Of a DNA stretch of 64,000 nt, positions 11,917-25,600 are shown piece after piece (position 1 is the first letter of the stretch; the number at the start of each line of letters is the position of its first letter). The notes under the pieces are model-generated. The model saw only the letters and a program-made list of their open reading frames with translations, searched no databases and was not told the origin of the DNA. Source of the DNA: Octopus sinensis (Eukaryota); NCBI RefSeq assembly GCF_006345805.1, contig NC_043015.1, positions 38,006,001 through 38,070,000 of the forward strand, in the 5' to 3' direction. A program made the position numbers and the translations under genes.

Positions 11917-12799
11917 GTATGTTTTGTATCTTTTTATTTTTTACATGACACATATGTTTTTGGTTTTTGAAAATACAACATTGAACAAAGAATATTGTAA
12001 TATTTGAATGAAACCATTTTACATTGTGGAACAAGTTGCTTCTGTATGATAAAACTTAATATTTATTTAGCTGTCAATCAGTGAGATATTAGACTAAATC
12101 AATTAAAGATCAGACAACATACTCCGTGTTTGTCAATTTGTATTCTGTCATCTGTAACTTCAACACAAGAAAGTCTCTTTTTCTAGTATGAACCTTATGA
12201 AATTTTGCTCATCATACATTGAAGGGCAAATCTTTCAATTTATAATTTAACAAACATAGTGTAGCATTTAGTACACTGTATATTACTCTACATTCTTGTT
12301 TATCACCAAAGCAAATTGACTTTTAAAATGTGAATAAAACAAACCTGTTTTTGTAATCCAGATTTTCCATCCAATGTAAGCACAGGAATCAAACATTGGA
12401 TTGAAAGAACTGAATAGTGGTTTAAATATCAACACAATTATTTCTTCTTCCTCTTTTTCTTCTTTCTTCCTTTCTCCAACGACACCCCTTCCAGATTCAC
12501 AGGTACCCACCCACACACACACACACACATACCTTCACAAAACAATAATAAAAAGAAATCCAGACAATTGTTTTTTGAAATGGCCAATTTCTAGAAACCA
12601 AAAACCATTTACAGTTGCAAAAAATAAAAACAAAAATTTGCATTGATTAGTCTTAACAACTTGACCATTCCTCCTTAACATTTCTTTCAGATACAAAAAC
12701 CCAAACACACGCACCACACACGCGTGCACATAAACACACACACACACAAACACTCTCTCACAAGACAATGATAAAAAGGAAATATAATTTATGGTCTTC

Positions 12800-13216
12800 T
12801 TTCTCTCCCTTTTCTTCTTTCCTTTCTTTTTCTCTAACACTACTTTCAGATACAAACACACACACACACACACATGCTCTCTCACTTTCTCCCCATTCAT
12901 CACCCTCTTGTACTCTCTTATATCCCTCCCTACCACTACACACTCAATAACACTATAAGATGTTCAAATTTTTTCCCCAAGATCTTAGACACCCCCCCCT
13001 TGGAGTGAACATCCTGACTAACTACAAAAGAAACCAGCAAAACATTTTTTTCTTCTTCCCACTCTCCCTTTTCTTCCTTCCCCTCTTTTTCTCTAACACT
13101 ACTTTCAGATACAAAAACACACACACACACTCTCTCTCTCTCACTTTCTCCCCATTTATCACCCTCTTGTACTCTCTTATATCCCTCCCCACCACTACAC
13201 ACTCAATAACACTTTA
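12800..13216. repeat. Direct duplication of a ~160-bp CT/CA-rich unit (12800-12958 and 13060-13216)
   Basis: ctctaacactactttcagataca...ccactacacactcaataacact occurs twice. Confidence 0.85.
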
Positions 13217-13246
13217 AAATGGCCAAATTTTTCCACAGGAAATTTT

Positions 13247-13618
13247 AAAAATCCACTAGAATGGACGTAATTTGAAAAATCCACCAGAATGGACGAAAGC
13301 GCTAATATATGATATATGATAAAAGTTATATGATGTATAAAAACATGTAATATTCAAATAAATATCTGTAAATATAAAACCATCCGAATTTCTGAGTACC
13401 TCATTTCTTCTAATATAAAATACCTATACATCATCTCCAAACCTTCTAACATATACATATATATAAATATATATATATATATATCTATATTGGATGAAAT
13501 GAAGTAATCAGAAGATCGGATGGTTTATATTTACAGATATTTATTTATATATTACAGTTTTTACATATATATCATATCATTTAGATCATTAGCGCTTTCT
13601 CCCATTCTAGTGGGGTTT
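13247..13618. mobile_element. Fold-back MITE-like element
   Basis: Long imperfect inverted arms (aaaaatccactagaatgg / ccattctagtggggtttt; aaatatctgtaaatataaaaccatccga / tcggatggtttatatttacagatattt) around a (TA)n centre. Confidence 0.75.
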
Positions 13619-14318
13619 TCATGTATGAATAAATATTTTTTTTTTTTTTAGTGTTAGAAAATTTGGACTAGTCTGCTGATAGGTTTTTCTTTAAAATTAG
13701 CCATGCACTTTTTTGTTTTGCTCTGTGTGTAGTTCCTGTTTCCTGTTCATTTTGATGAGGGGGTCATTGCCATGATGCACCCTATTGTAATTGAACCGAA
13801 GTGGTGAGCTCTCAAAATGGCCATTGATGTATTTGAATTGACCTTGTGGAAGTCTGTTTGCTCATGAACTCTAATCTACCATGGTTTTAAAAATTGAACT
13901 TTGAACGTACTTTGTGTGAGGGGAGTAAAAAAAAATATTTTATAATAATTTTAATCGTTTGATAAAACATCTTTAATTGTTTGAAACTATATTTTATCTT
14001 AGTTTATGAGTTTTTTGGTAGTATGGTACACTCGAGAGTTTTTATGAATTTTTAGTTGTTTATATTTAGCTTTTTGATAGGCCGTTCTATTTGTATTTTA
14101 TTCACATATACATTTTTACCTTCTGTGTTTTTATGTATAAATATATATATATATTCTTTTTAGATGTTTAAGAACCATAGTAATATTTATATATATGATT
14201 AAATATTTGAGGTATGGTGTTATATAACATCCTATGCCCACTTATGCATAAATATATACATATGGATGTAAGTATGTACATATACATATGTATATATATG
14301 CATATATGTATATATATA

Positions 14319-16061
14319 TCATCATCATCATCATCGTTTAACGTCCGCTTTCCATGCTAGCATGGGTTGGACGGTTCAACTGGGGTCTGGCAAGCCCGAA
14401 GGCTACACCAGGCCAGTCAGATCTGGCAGTGTTTCTACAGCTGGATGCCCTTCCTAACGCCAACCACTCCGAGAGTGTAGTGGGTGATTTTATGTGCCAC
14501 CGACACAGGTGCCAGACGAGGCTGGCAGACGGTCACGCTCGGATGGTGTTTTTTATGTGCCACCGACACAGGTGCCAGACGAGGCTGGCAGACGGCCACG
14601 CTCGGAAGGTGTTTTTTATGTGCCAGACGAGGCTGGCAGACGGCCACGCTCGGATATGGTGTTTTCGGTGTTTTTCTTATGTGCCACCGACACAGGTGCC
14701 AGACGAGGCTGCCGAACGGCTACGATCGGATGGTGTTTGTTACGTGACCACGGCACGGAGGCCAGTCGATGCGGTACTGGCTACGGTCCCGTTTGGATGG
14801 TTTTCTTATGTGCCACCGGCACTGGTACCACAAGGATACAAATTCCATTGATGTTCATCTATTTTGATTTGGTTTGACTTGATTCGATTTGACTTTGATT
14901 TGATTTGCCTCAACAGGTCTTCACAAGTGTCACAAGCAGGAAGGTATGCACAGGTGGACTGACTACGTCCCAGGTAGAGGCCACGGGTTATGGCTTCACT
15001 AGTCTTGCCGGGTCTTCTCACGCACAGCATACTTCCATAGGTCTCGGTCTCTAGTCATTTCCATGGTGAGACCTAACGTTCGAAGGTTGTGCTTCACCAC
15101 CTCGTCCCAGGTTTTCCTGGGTCTACCTCTTCCACGGGTTCCCTCAACTGCTAGGGATTGGCACTTTCTCACACACCTATCTTCATCCATTCTCGCCACA
15201 TGACCATACCAGCGCAATCGTCTCTCTTGCACGCAACAACTGATGCTTCTTAGGTACAACATTTCTCTCAGGGAACTAACGCTCTGTCGAGTAAGTACAC
15301 TGACATTACACATCCATCGGAGCATACTGGCTTCATTCCTCATGAGCTTACGCATGTCCTCAGCAGTCGCGGCCCATGTTTCACTGCCATGTAGCATGGC
15401 AGTTCGAACACATGCATCATACAGTCTGCCCTTTACTCTGAGCGAGAGGCCTTTAGTCACCAGCAGAGGTAAGAGCTCCCTAAACTTTGCCCAGGCTATT
15501 CTTATTCTAGCAGTTACACTCTCAGCGCACCCAACCCCACTACTGACTTGGTCACCTAGATAACGGAAGCTATCAACTACTTCTAATTTTTCCCCCTGGA
15601 AAGTGACGGAAGTTGTTTTCTGCAGATTTTCGGAGGTCAATGCTCCCGAGCATCTGCCACATATAAAAACTATCTTCCCAGTTAGCCTACCTTTGACATT
15701 GCTGCACCTCTTATGTGTCCATAGCTTACACTGGGTACATCTTATAGAGTTCTACCTACACCTTTTCTACAGATCGAGCAGGGCCATCTTGCTGAGGACA
15801 TTTGTGGATTGCCTACCTTTCTACTTATTAGTACTTTGGTTTTAGCTAGGTTGACTCTAAGGCCCCTCGATTCTAAACCCTCCTTCCACACCTGGAACTT
15901 CTCCTCCAGTTCTGATAGTGACTCAGCAATTAGAGCGAGGTCGTCAGCATAGAGGAGCTCCCAGGGGCAACCTGTCTTGAATTCCTCTGTTATTGCCTGG
16001 AGGACTATGATAAATAGGAGGGGGCTGAGTACTGAACCCTGGTGGACCCCAACCTCTACTT
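14319..16061 (-). mobile_element. Young 5'-truncated RTE LINE with open RT C-terminus and complete 3' UTR
   Basis: ORF 14999-15640 (KLEVVDSFRYLGD...LRWYGHVARMDE...GRPRKTWDEVVKH), upstream SVLSPLL and YADDL on the - strand, (gat)n tail, flanked by (TA)n. Confidence 0.96.
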
Positions 16062-16074
16062 TATATATTATATT

Positions 16075-16124
<50 letters not shown>

Positions 16125-16126
<2 letters not shown>

Positions 16127-19100
16127 GGCTGAAGATAGTTGTGTGCAAAGGTGCTACACCCTAGCAGTTGAGGGAACCTGTGGAAGAGGTAGACCCAGGA
16201 AAACCTGGGACGAGGTGGTGAAGCACGACCTTCGAACTTTAGGTCTCACCAAGGAAATGACTGAAGACCGAGTCCTATGGAAGTGTGCTGTGCATGAGAG
16301 GACCCGGCAGGACTAGTCAGGCCATATCCCGTGGCCCCTACCTGGGACGTAGTCGATCCACCTGTGCATACCTTCCTTCTTGTGACACTTGTGAAGACCT
16401 GCTGAGGCAAGTGAAAATCAATCAAAATAGATGAACATCAATGGAATTGTATCTTGTGGTACCAGTGCCTGTGGCACACAAGAAAACCATCCGAACGTGG
16501 CCGTAGCCAGTACCGCATCGACTGGCCTCCGTGCTGTGGGAACATGGTGGCACATAAAAACACCATCCGAAGACCCGGCAAGACTAGTCAGGTCATAACC
16601 CGTGGGCCCTACCTGGGACGTAGTCAGTCCACCTGTACATACCTTCCTTCTTGTGACACTTGTGAAGACCTGCTGAGGCAAGTGAAAATCAAATCAATCA
16701 AAACAAATCAAAATAGATGAACATCAATGGAATTTGTATCCTTGTGGTACCAGTGCCGGTGGCACACAAGAATCCATCCGAACGTGGCCGTAGTCAGTAC
16801 CGCTTGTGGTACCAGTGCCGGTGGCACACAAGAATCCATCCGAACGTGGCCGTAGTCAGTACCGCTTGTGGTACCAGTGCCGGTGGCACACAAGAATCCA
16901 TCCGAACGTGGCCGTAGTCAGTACCGCATCACTGGCCATCGTGCTGTGGGCACATAACAAACACCATCCGGTCGTGGCCGTTTGCCAGCCTCATCTAGCA
17001 CCTGTGTCGGTGGCACATAAAAAGTAATCAGTACCGCTTGTGGTACCAGTGCCGGTGGCACACAAGAATCCATCCGAACATGGCCGTAGTCAGTACCGCA
17101 TCACTGGCCATCGTGCTGTGGGCACATAACAAACACCATCCGGTCGTGGCCGTTCGCCTGCCTCATCTAGCACCTGTGTCGGTGGCACATAAAAACACCT
17201 TCCGAAGACCCGGCAAGACTAGTCAGGCCATAAACCATGGCCCCTACCTGGGACGTAGTCAGTCCACCTGTGCATACCTTCTTCCTTGTGATACTTGTGA
17301 AGGCCTGTTGAGGCAAGTGAAAATCAAAATCAAAATCAAATCAAAACAAATCAAAATAGATGAACATCAATGGAATTTGTATCTTTGTGGTACCAGTGCC
17401 GGTGGCACACAAGAGAAAACCATCCGAAAGTGGCCGTAGCCAGTACCGCATCGACTGGCCTCCGTGCTGTGGGCACATGACAAACACCATCCGATCGTGG
17501 CCGTTCGCCAGCCTCATCTAGCACCTGTGTCGGTGGCACATAAAAACACCATCCGAAGACCCGGCAAGACTAGTCAAGCCATAACCCATGGCCCCTACCT
17601 GGGACGTAGTCAGTCCACCTGTGCATACCTTCCTTCTTGTGACACTTGTGAAGACCTGTTGAGGCAAGTGAAAATCAAAACAAATCAAAATAGATGAACA
17701 TCAATGGAATCTGTATCTTTGTGGTACCAGTGCCGGTGGCACACAAGAGAACCATCCGAACGTGGCCGTAGCCAGTTCCGCATCGACCGGCCTCCGTGCT
17801 GTGGGCACGTAACAAACACCATCCGATCATGGCCGTTCGCCAGCCTCATCTGGCACCTGTGTCGGTGGCACATAAAAACACCTTCCGAAGACCCGGCAAG
17901 ACTAGTCAGTCCACCTGTGCATACCTTCCTTCTTGTGACACTTGTGAAGACCTGTTGAGGCAAGTGAAAATCAAAACAAATCAAAATAGATGAACATCAA
18001 TGGAATCTGTATCTTTGTGGTACCAGTACCGGTGGCACACACTTTGTGGTACCAGTGCCGGTGGCACACAAGAGAACCATCCGAACGTGGCCGTAGCCAG
18101 TTCCGCATCGACCGGCCTCCGTGCTGTGGGCACGTAACAAACACCATCCGATCATGGCCGTTCGCCAGCCTCATCTGGCACCTGTGTCGGTGGCACACAA
18201 AAACACCTTCCGAAGACCCGGCAAGACTAGTCAGTCCACCTGTGCATACCTTCCTTCTTGTGACACTTGTGAAGACCGGTTGAGGCAAGTGAAAATCAAA
18301 ATCAAAATCAAATCAAAATAGACAAAATAGATGAACATCAATGGAATTTGTATCTTGTGGTACCAGTGCCTGTGGCACACAAGAATCCATCAGTGCTGTA
18401 GTCAGTGCGGTGGGCACATGACAAACACCATCCGATCGTGGCCGTTCACCAGCCTCATCTAGCACCTGTGTCGGTGGCACATAAAAACATCATCCGAAGA
18501 CCGGCAAGACTAGTCAGGCCATAACCCATGGCCCCTACCTGGGACGTAGTCAGTCCACCGGTGCATACCTTCCTTCTTGTGACACTTGTGAAGACCTGTT
18601 GAGGCAAGTGAAAATCAAAACAAATCAAAATAGATGAACATCAATGGAATTTGTATCTTTGTGGTACCAGTGCCGGTGGCACGTGGCACATAAGAAAACC
18701 ATCCGAACGTGGCCGTAGCCAGTACCGCATCGACTGGCCTCCGTGCTGTGGGCACGTAACAAGCACCATCCGATCGTGGCCGTTTGCCAGCCTCATCTGG
18801 CACTGTGTCGGTGGAACATAAAAACACCATCCGAGCGTGGCCGTCTGCCAGCCTCGTCTGGCACCTGTGTCGGTGGCACATAAAAACACCATCCGAGCGT
18901 GGCCGTCTGCCAGCCTCGTCTGGCACCTGTGTCGGTGGCACATAAAAACACCATCCGAGCGTGGCCGTCTGCCAGCCTCGTCTGGCACCTGTGTCGGTGG
19001 CACATAAAAACACCATCCGAGCGTGGCCGTTTGCCAGCCTCGTCTGGCACCTGTGTCGGTTGGCACATAAAATCACCCACTACACTCTCGGAGTGGTTGG

Positions 19101-19239
19101 CGTTAGGAAGGGCATCCAGCTGTAGAAACACTGCCAGATCTGACTGGACTGGTGCAGCTTTCGGGCTCCCCAGACCCCAGTTGAACCGTCCAACCCATGC
19201 TAGCATGGAAAGCGGACGTTAAATGATGATGATGATGAT
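16125..19239 (+). mobile_element. 5'-truncated RTE LINE with a tandemly expanded 3' UTR
   Basis: RT end GRGRPRKTWDEVVKH...RTRQD* at 16125-16316, then the repeat array, then the canonical 3' end and (gat)n tail. Confidence 0.95.
16301..19075 (+). repeat. Higher-order tandem array (~330-bp unit x7, built from ~58-bp subunits)
   Basis: The anchor gacccggcaagactag recurs at 16301, 16572, 17207, 17558, 17890, 18215 and 18499; subunit runs at ~16740-16920 and ~18830-19070. Confidence 0.95.
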
Positions 19240-19499
19240 ATATATATATATACATACATATCATCATCATCGTTTAAGATCCGTTTTCCATGCTAGCAAT
19301 GCTCAATGCTCAAGAGGAGCTAAAAGTGACATGTTGTGGTAATAGCAGTATTGATTGGAATTCTTCTGAATTAATTCATGGGTAGCGACTGTTCTGAATA
19401 TATCGTTTTTAATATTTGCATGGGTATTATTCTATGGCCCTTGTAGTAGTGTCATCTGTGGTGGAAGCATTCAAAAGAGGTTTTTGTTTTGCGATAATA

Positions 19500-20790
19500 T
19501 ATGACTCTTTGCTAATGCAAAAGGCCCTTTGTTACCAGCAGAGGTAGGGGGTCTCTAACCTTCGCCCTGGCTATTCTTATTCTAGCAGCTACACTCTCAG
19601 ATCATTCCTCACCCCCACTGACTTAGTCACTTAGGTAATGGAAACTATGAACTACTTCAAGTTTTTCCCTCTGGCATGTGATGGAATCTGTTTTCTGTAT
19701 CTCTTCAGTATTTATTGCACCTGTGCATCTGCCACACAAAAAAAATCAACCTTCCTTTGATATTGCAGCACTTTTTGTGTCCATAGCTTACACCAGGCAA
19801 AGCTGGGAAGCTGCAATAGACTAATTAGGCAAATTAGGTTAACTCTCTCCCTAATTAGTTGGGCTATGACTCTCTAAGATTCATCATCTTATCCAACAAT
19901 TTGATTTACAATACATCTGACTGGACCGTAATCCACAGCACCAGATATTTTAATCATGATGGATCAAGGGGCTTTCCCTGTCTTCATATCCTTAATTGCT
20001 TTATCTACCAGGGTACTGTTGATTCGGGTAGCTGGTCCCTCAATTGGGTCAACATTTGGCAGACTCTCCTCTTCCCTTTCATTCTCCACATTCAGCAGTC
20101 TTTCATTATGGCATTTCCAAGTCTCTTCCTTTGCAGAATCATTAGATGCAAATGCACCATCATGCATTTTGACACATTTCTCTCCTATGACATCACGATT
20201 TTCTCTCACACACTGTCTTGCAATCCAAAGCACTTGAGTTCTTTCATCCTTACATTGCTGAACAAACGCAAACTTCTTTCCTGCTTCTCCTTTAACTACA
20301 TATATTTGTCTACTAGCTTCCTTTCTGGCTTTCTGATACAGTTCCCTGCTACCCCCACTCTTCCATTTCTTCCAGGCCCCTTTCTTTGCACTAATGGCCC
20401 TGTCAACTGCATCATTCCACCATCACATTTCCCTAGGTCTGGAAGGGATTTTGCACCAGCCACAGATTTGGTCTGTGGTACTCAGCAAGCTGTCTTGCAG
20501 TAATTCCCAGTTGCCCTCTATGTCACAAGTATGTCCTACCTCTCATCAAATTTCTCAATTAGGATGTCCCTAAATCTCTGACCATATGAAGGGTCCTTAA
20601 GCTTCCAAATCCTTCTTTTCCAGATTGGTCTGCTTTTTGGCATCCTTCTGACTTAAAGTATAAAGTCACTAGTGACGAGTCTATGCTGGGGGATACATTC
20701 TTCACCAGAGGGGGTCTTTATATTTAAGAGCAACCATGCATCCCACTGCCTGGTGAGAATGTAATCAACCTGGTTAGCGTAGCCACCTGA
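19500..20790 (-). mobile_element. RTE LINE internal remnant
   Basis: CVRENRDVIGEKCV...INSTLVDKAIKDMKTGKAP, same family as 28578-31000. Confidence 0.88.
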
Positions 20791-20799
20791 TTGATATTT

Positions 20800-21259
20800 A
20801 AGCATTTGATCAAATTCATCCTATGACAATTCTTGACATCCTATGACATCTGATCAAATTCATCCTATGTTTGCAGAACTATTTCCTGAGGGAAACGCAA
20901 TCTTTCAGGATGATAATACACCAATTCACACAGCTGAAGTTGTCAGTGAATGGCACATTCTAGTGAAGTTGAACATCTTATCTGGCCACCAGTCCCCAGA
21001 TCTCAATATTATTGAACATTTATGATGCATTTTAGAAAAACAAGTCAGGAGTAGATATCCTCCACCATCATCACTGCAAGAACTGGAGACTGTTTTAATT
21101 GAAGAATGGACAAACATTCCTTTGGAAACAATTAAAACTTTGTACGAGTCCATACCTTGTAGAATTCAAGCTGTAATTACTGCCAAAGGCGGTCCTACCC
21201 CATATTAAGAGAAATTTGTTTGAAATTTTAAAGTGGTTCCTTATTTTGTGCAACCCTTG
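20800..21259 (+). mobile_element. Tc1-like transposon, 3' fragment
   Basis: FQDDNTPIH...(W)PPQSPDLNIIEH...IQAVITAKGGPTPY*, ending in TIR ...ttattttgtgcaacccttg followed by TA. Confidence 0.9.
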
Positions 21260-21818
21260 TATATGTATATCTGTGTGTGTGTTTGTGTGGGCATGCTTGC
21301 ATGTGTGTATTTGTGTAAAAAGTATCTGTGTATTTGTGTAAAAAGTATATAAATCACTGGTGCTGGAGCACATACAAATCACCCAGTACACTGTAAAGTG
21401 GTTGGCATTAAGAAGGGCATCCAGCTGTGGAAACTGTTCTAAAACAGATAAGTGGAGCCTGGTACAGCTCTCTGCCTTGCCTCTTCCTCTTAAACCATAC
21501 AACCCATGCCATCTTGGGAAAATGAACATTAAATGATGATCACACACACACACACGTAATGTTTGTCTCCAATCTTCCATTAAGTAAAGCATGTTTACTC
21601 ATAGGGAAATATTACCTTGCTTTCAAACGGGCAAGTGACAGGGAAGGCATCCAGCAATAAAAAGATCTGCCTCAGGTTGATCTGTTTGAGCCATTGAAGC
21701 ATTAGGAAGTGGCCATTAAAATGATGTTGATGATCTGTTTGTCTCTATAGTTGTCTGCTTATTTGTCTCGCTTTTTGCTCACTTGCTTCTCTGTCTTTTT
21801 ATTTATTCCTCCCTACAG

Positions 21819-21939
21819 GATGGCAGTGGCATGCAGATGACATCAAACCAAAAGATATGGAATATATTGTCAAAATACACAATGCTAACAATGAACAGGC
21901 TTGGCAAGAAGTCTTGAAGTGGGAGTCTTTTCATTATCA
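21819..21939 (+). CDS. HCCS: HCCS coding exon 3 (absent from the ORF track)
   Basis: ccctacag acceptor; (G)[39 protein letters not shown], matching the conserved IHNxNNEQAW heme-ligand region; donor ca|gtaagt; 121 nt, phase 1 to 2. Confidence 0.97.
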
Positions 21940-22637
21940 GTAAGTTGAACCATTCAAGAACTGACTCCTTGTCTGTCTCTGTGTGTGTCCTAGTTTGTCT
22001 CTCTGTCTCCTTGTTTATCTATCTCTATCCTATTTTGTCTCTCTGTTTCCTTGTCTGTGTCCTTATCTCATTTTCTGTCTGTGTGTCTCATTTTCTTTCT
22101 CTGTGTCTGTCTCCGTGTTTGTCTCTCTGTTTTATGTCTTCCTTCATACCCGTCCCTACCCACACTCCCTCTTCCCCTCACTCTTATTTTTCAATCTAGT
22201 ACTATCATCTGTTGGTCAACATACAATAGACTGTTGTAGTTTGCCATTTGTATAACTTACACCTTGTTATAACTTACAGCTCGCAGGATAGACTGTATGC
22301 TCAACTTTAATCTTTCAACCTCACCTCCTGTGCTGGTGCCATAATACAAAGCCATCAAATTGTGCCACTTCTTGAGAGACTGGTGGCCACAACAACCTTC
22401 TTAGTGCTGTTGTCACATAAAATCCACTCTAAATTCACTGATAAATGGTTGGCAAATGAGTACAGAAAGTGTAGAGTTGTGAGATCTGCATAGTCTTGTA
22501 TGATGTGTATGAGCACCTAGTGTTTGGGGGAAATAGCTTCTAATAACAAATAACTTGGATTGTGATGACTTTTCCAACCCATTCCAGCATGAAAATCAGA
22601 CAGTAAAGTGATGATTATGCTGATGATGATGATATAT

Positions 22638-22670
<33 letters not shown>

Positions 22671-22672
22671 AA

Positions 22673-25600
22673 CAGGGTGTACCCAAAAAATGTATACACA
22701 CTTTAAATAATTGTAAAGTAGGTGTTTATTGAAATACATTTCATTTTTAAAATTGACTGGATTCTACAGGCATTATCTAATTGTTTTATCTATGCCTGTT
22801 TTCAGATTGACATCTGTTCTGGCCCAGGCACTGGTGACAACACAAAGCATTAGAATCACAAACATCACGAAACAATTTGTTTCGTATTTGCATGCATTCT
22901 CATTCAATGACTGCTCAAATCTGACTGTTGCAGGTTTCATAGCATAGACTTTGTCTTTTAGGTACTCACATAAAATAAGTCTAGAGGTGTGAGGTCTGGT
23001 GAATGGAGAGGGTATTCAATGAAACCCCTATGTCCATTCCACCTGTTTGGCAGGATCTCATCAAGGAAAGATCTAACATTGCAATGGTAGTGTGAGGGGT
23101 GCCCCATATTGCTGAAAATAAAACTCCTCATCTTCAAAGTCTTCTCTAATGCTTGGCATGACAGATTTGCAGCAAGTTTAAGTAAACAGGACCAGTCACA
23201 GTAGCATCAAAAAAGAATGGTCCAATTAATCCTCTTGATGATAAGCAACATCTCACTGTAACTCATGGTAAATTAACCCTTTCGTTACCAAACCGCCCAA
23301 TGCTACCCGAAAAAATTTTGGTTCATTTGACCAAGCCACCCAAAACCGCCCATAATCACCTATTCATATTAAAATGAGAATATCAGAGCAATCTCAGTAC
23401 ATTCATGAAAATATGTGATTATACTTCGTAAACAGTTCATCTACAGTTTTGTACAACAATCGACATATAATTTTCATTCTGTGAATTTTGGGAGATTGAT
23501 TTCCAAATTTGTTCCTGTTGTGTTTTCAAAATTTGTAATTCTGACAAAAAATGGATATGAATTTCATTCTGTCAAACAGTGAGTCAGAATTCGAAGGATT
23601 TTCCACTGAAGACCTTGATAAATCTAACTCTATGACCGAAAAAGAAAAAAGCACGTGGTATTTGGTAATGAATCTGATGTTTCATTTTCCCAAAGTGAAA
23701 GCGATAAAGAAAACGAATTGGCTCCTGAATGGAGTGAAAATTTAAAAACTGTTTCTTTCAGTGATTGTTCTGAAGAAACTGGACCAAGTTACAGTCTTTC
23801 TAAGGAGAGTAACGTGTTAGACTATTTCTTTTTACTTTTTCCAATGAGCCTATTTGAAATCATTACGGCGGAAACAAACCGTTACACTGAAAGTAAACAA
23901 AGCGAAAAAAAGGATAGTTTGTGGTTTCCCACTAGCTTAAATGAAATTAAGGCATATTTTGCCATAAATATTATTATGGGTTTTAGAAAGTTACCCAGAA
24001 TAACAATTTACTGGAGTTGCGATGAGCCCTTTAGAGATGAATATGTCTCAAGTATAATGACGAGGACACGATTTTTGAAATTGACTCAGTATTTACATGT
24101 AAGAGACACAAGCAGTACACCAGTGCGTGGAGAACCAGACTTTGATCCCTTATTTAAAATAACACCCCTCATTGACTGTGTTCAAAAGACATATAAAACT
24201 GTTTATAAACTATGGAGATATTTATCTATTGATGAGGGTATGGTGGGCTATAAAAGCCGAGTGCATTTTTGACAATATATGCCAGGAAAGCCCACAAAAA
24301 GGGGAGATCAAAGTTAGGAAGATTTGTGAATCAAATACTGGTTACTGCTCGGGATTTGAATTTTATACTGGAAAAAGAGACAATTATGTAAGTCAGCATG
24401 GCCTAGGGTATGATGTGGTCTGGAATTTATCCCTTCCATACCATAACCAGGGCCGTTTATTATTATTTGACCAATTTTTCAGTTCGGTCAAACTTGCGGA
24501 GAATTTAGATACTGTGGCTACACATACATGTGCTACAGTAATCGCTAGTAGAAAAGGACTGCCATTTTATATAAAAAAGCAAAATTTAAAAAAAAGGTGA
24601 AATAATTCAACGGCAGAAAGGAAATTTGCTAGCGACCGCATACAGAGATAAGAGGCAGATCAATTTTCTGTCTACCTGTGCACGGCCACATGTGGATGAA
24701 AATGGCATGCCGTTTGTGAACCTCGATTATAACAGGTACATAGGTGGTGTTGATCAGCTGAATCAGATGATGTCTTACTATCCAGTTGGCAGACCGGGGA
24801 ATAAATGGTGGCGATACCTGGTTTGGTATATAGTAAACATGAGTATTACTAATGCATTTATACTATATACCAAATCGGGACCGGATTGATAGCGATGCAG
24901 ATATAGCAACGCAACTAAGAGCTAGTTATTCCTCAAAAAATAAATGTAGGGATAAAAAACAAAGCGTGCCTGAGGAATATCCCTCTCAATTCAGCTGATC
25001 TCCATAAATTAGAAAAAATCGAGGGTCGCAAAAAGCAGTGTCACGAATGCCTTCATCAAAAAAGGAAAGCTCCTAGTGGAAGGGTTGTTGAACCCTAACT
25101 TTCCAATGTGCATTCTGCAAGGTTGCATTATGTAGAGTAGGGTGCTTTACAAGTTTTCATGATAGGATATTGTTTGATTTGTATATATGTGTGATTTGAT
25201 TTTATAAATATTTTCAAATTTTATTCGTTTTTCTTTTTCTTTGTGTAATTTTAATTTACCTGTAAGGTGAGTGACGAATTTTGATTAATTTCTTTTTTAA
25301 ATCATTATTGTATCTATGTATGTATCTATACATTATTGTATGTGGGAGAGCTTATTTAATCTAGTTGATGGTGTGTGTTTATTTTGCTTTCTAGTTTTCT
25401 TCACAGACAAATTCCAGTCTTTCATTTTACTTATACCTTCATGGTACATCTGTCTTTTGTGTGTTTAAATTCACCTGATGAATCCAGTAATGTGCACAAC
25501 TCTTCTATAGTAAAATTTTGTTGTATACCCAATTGAATATTAGCTAATAACCCATTTTCTATAGTGATGTTTGAACAAAAATTTTAATAATTTTATATTT

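Noticed and set aside
13752-13812. tGATGAGGGG...ccGAAG motif
   Set aside because: C3 and GAAA are both altered and no stem I is evident; too degenerate to support.
16301-19075. CRISPR-like repeat/spacer array
   Set aside because: The sequence between hairpins is itself repeated rather than unique, the units derive from an RTE ORF end and 3' UTR, and there are no cas genes in this eukaryotic context.
19859-20503. 214-aa + strand ORF (also 15243-15563, 2460-2777, 30038-30340)
   Set aside because: These are antisense frames of RTE coding sequence with no protein-like features.
25475-25481. CTGATGA in the piggyBac 3' region
   Set aside because: No downstream stem II followed by GAAA.
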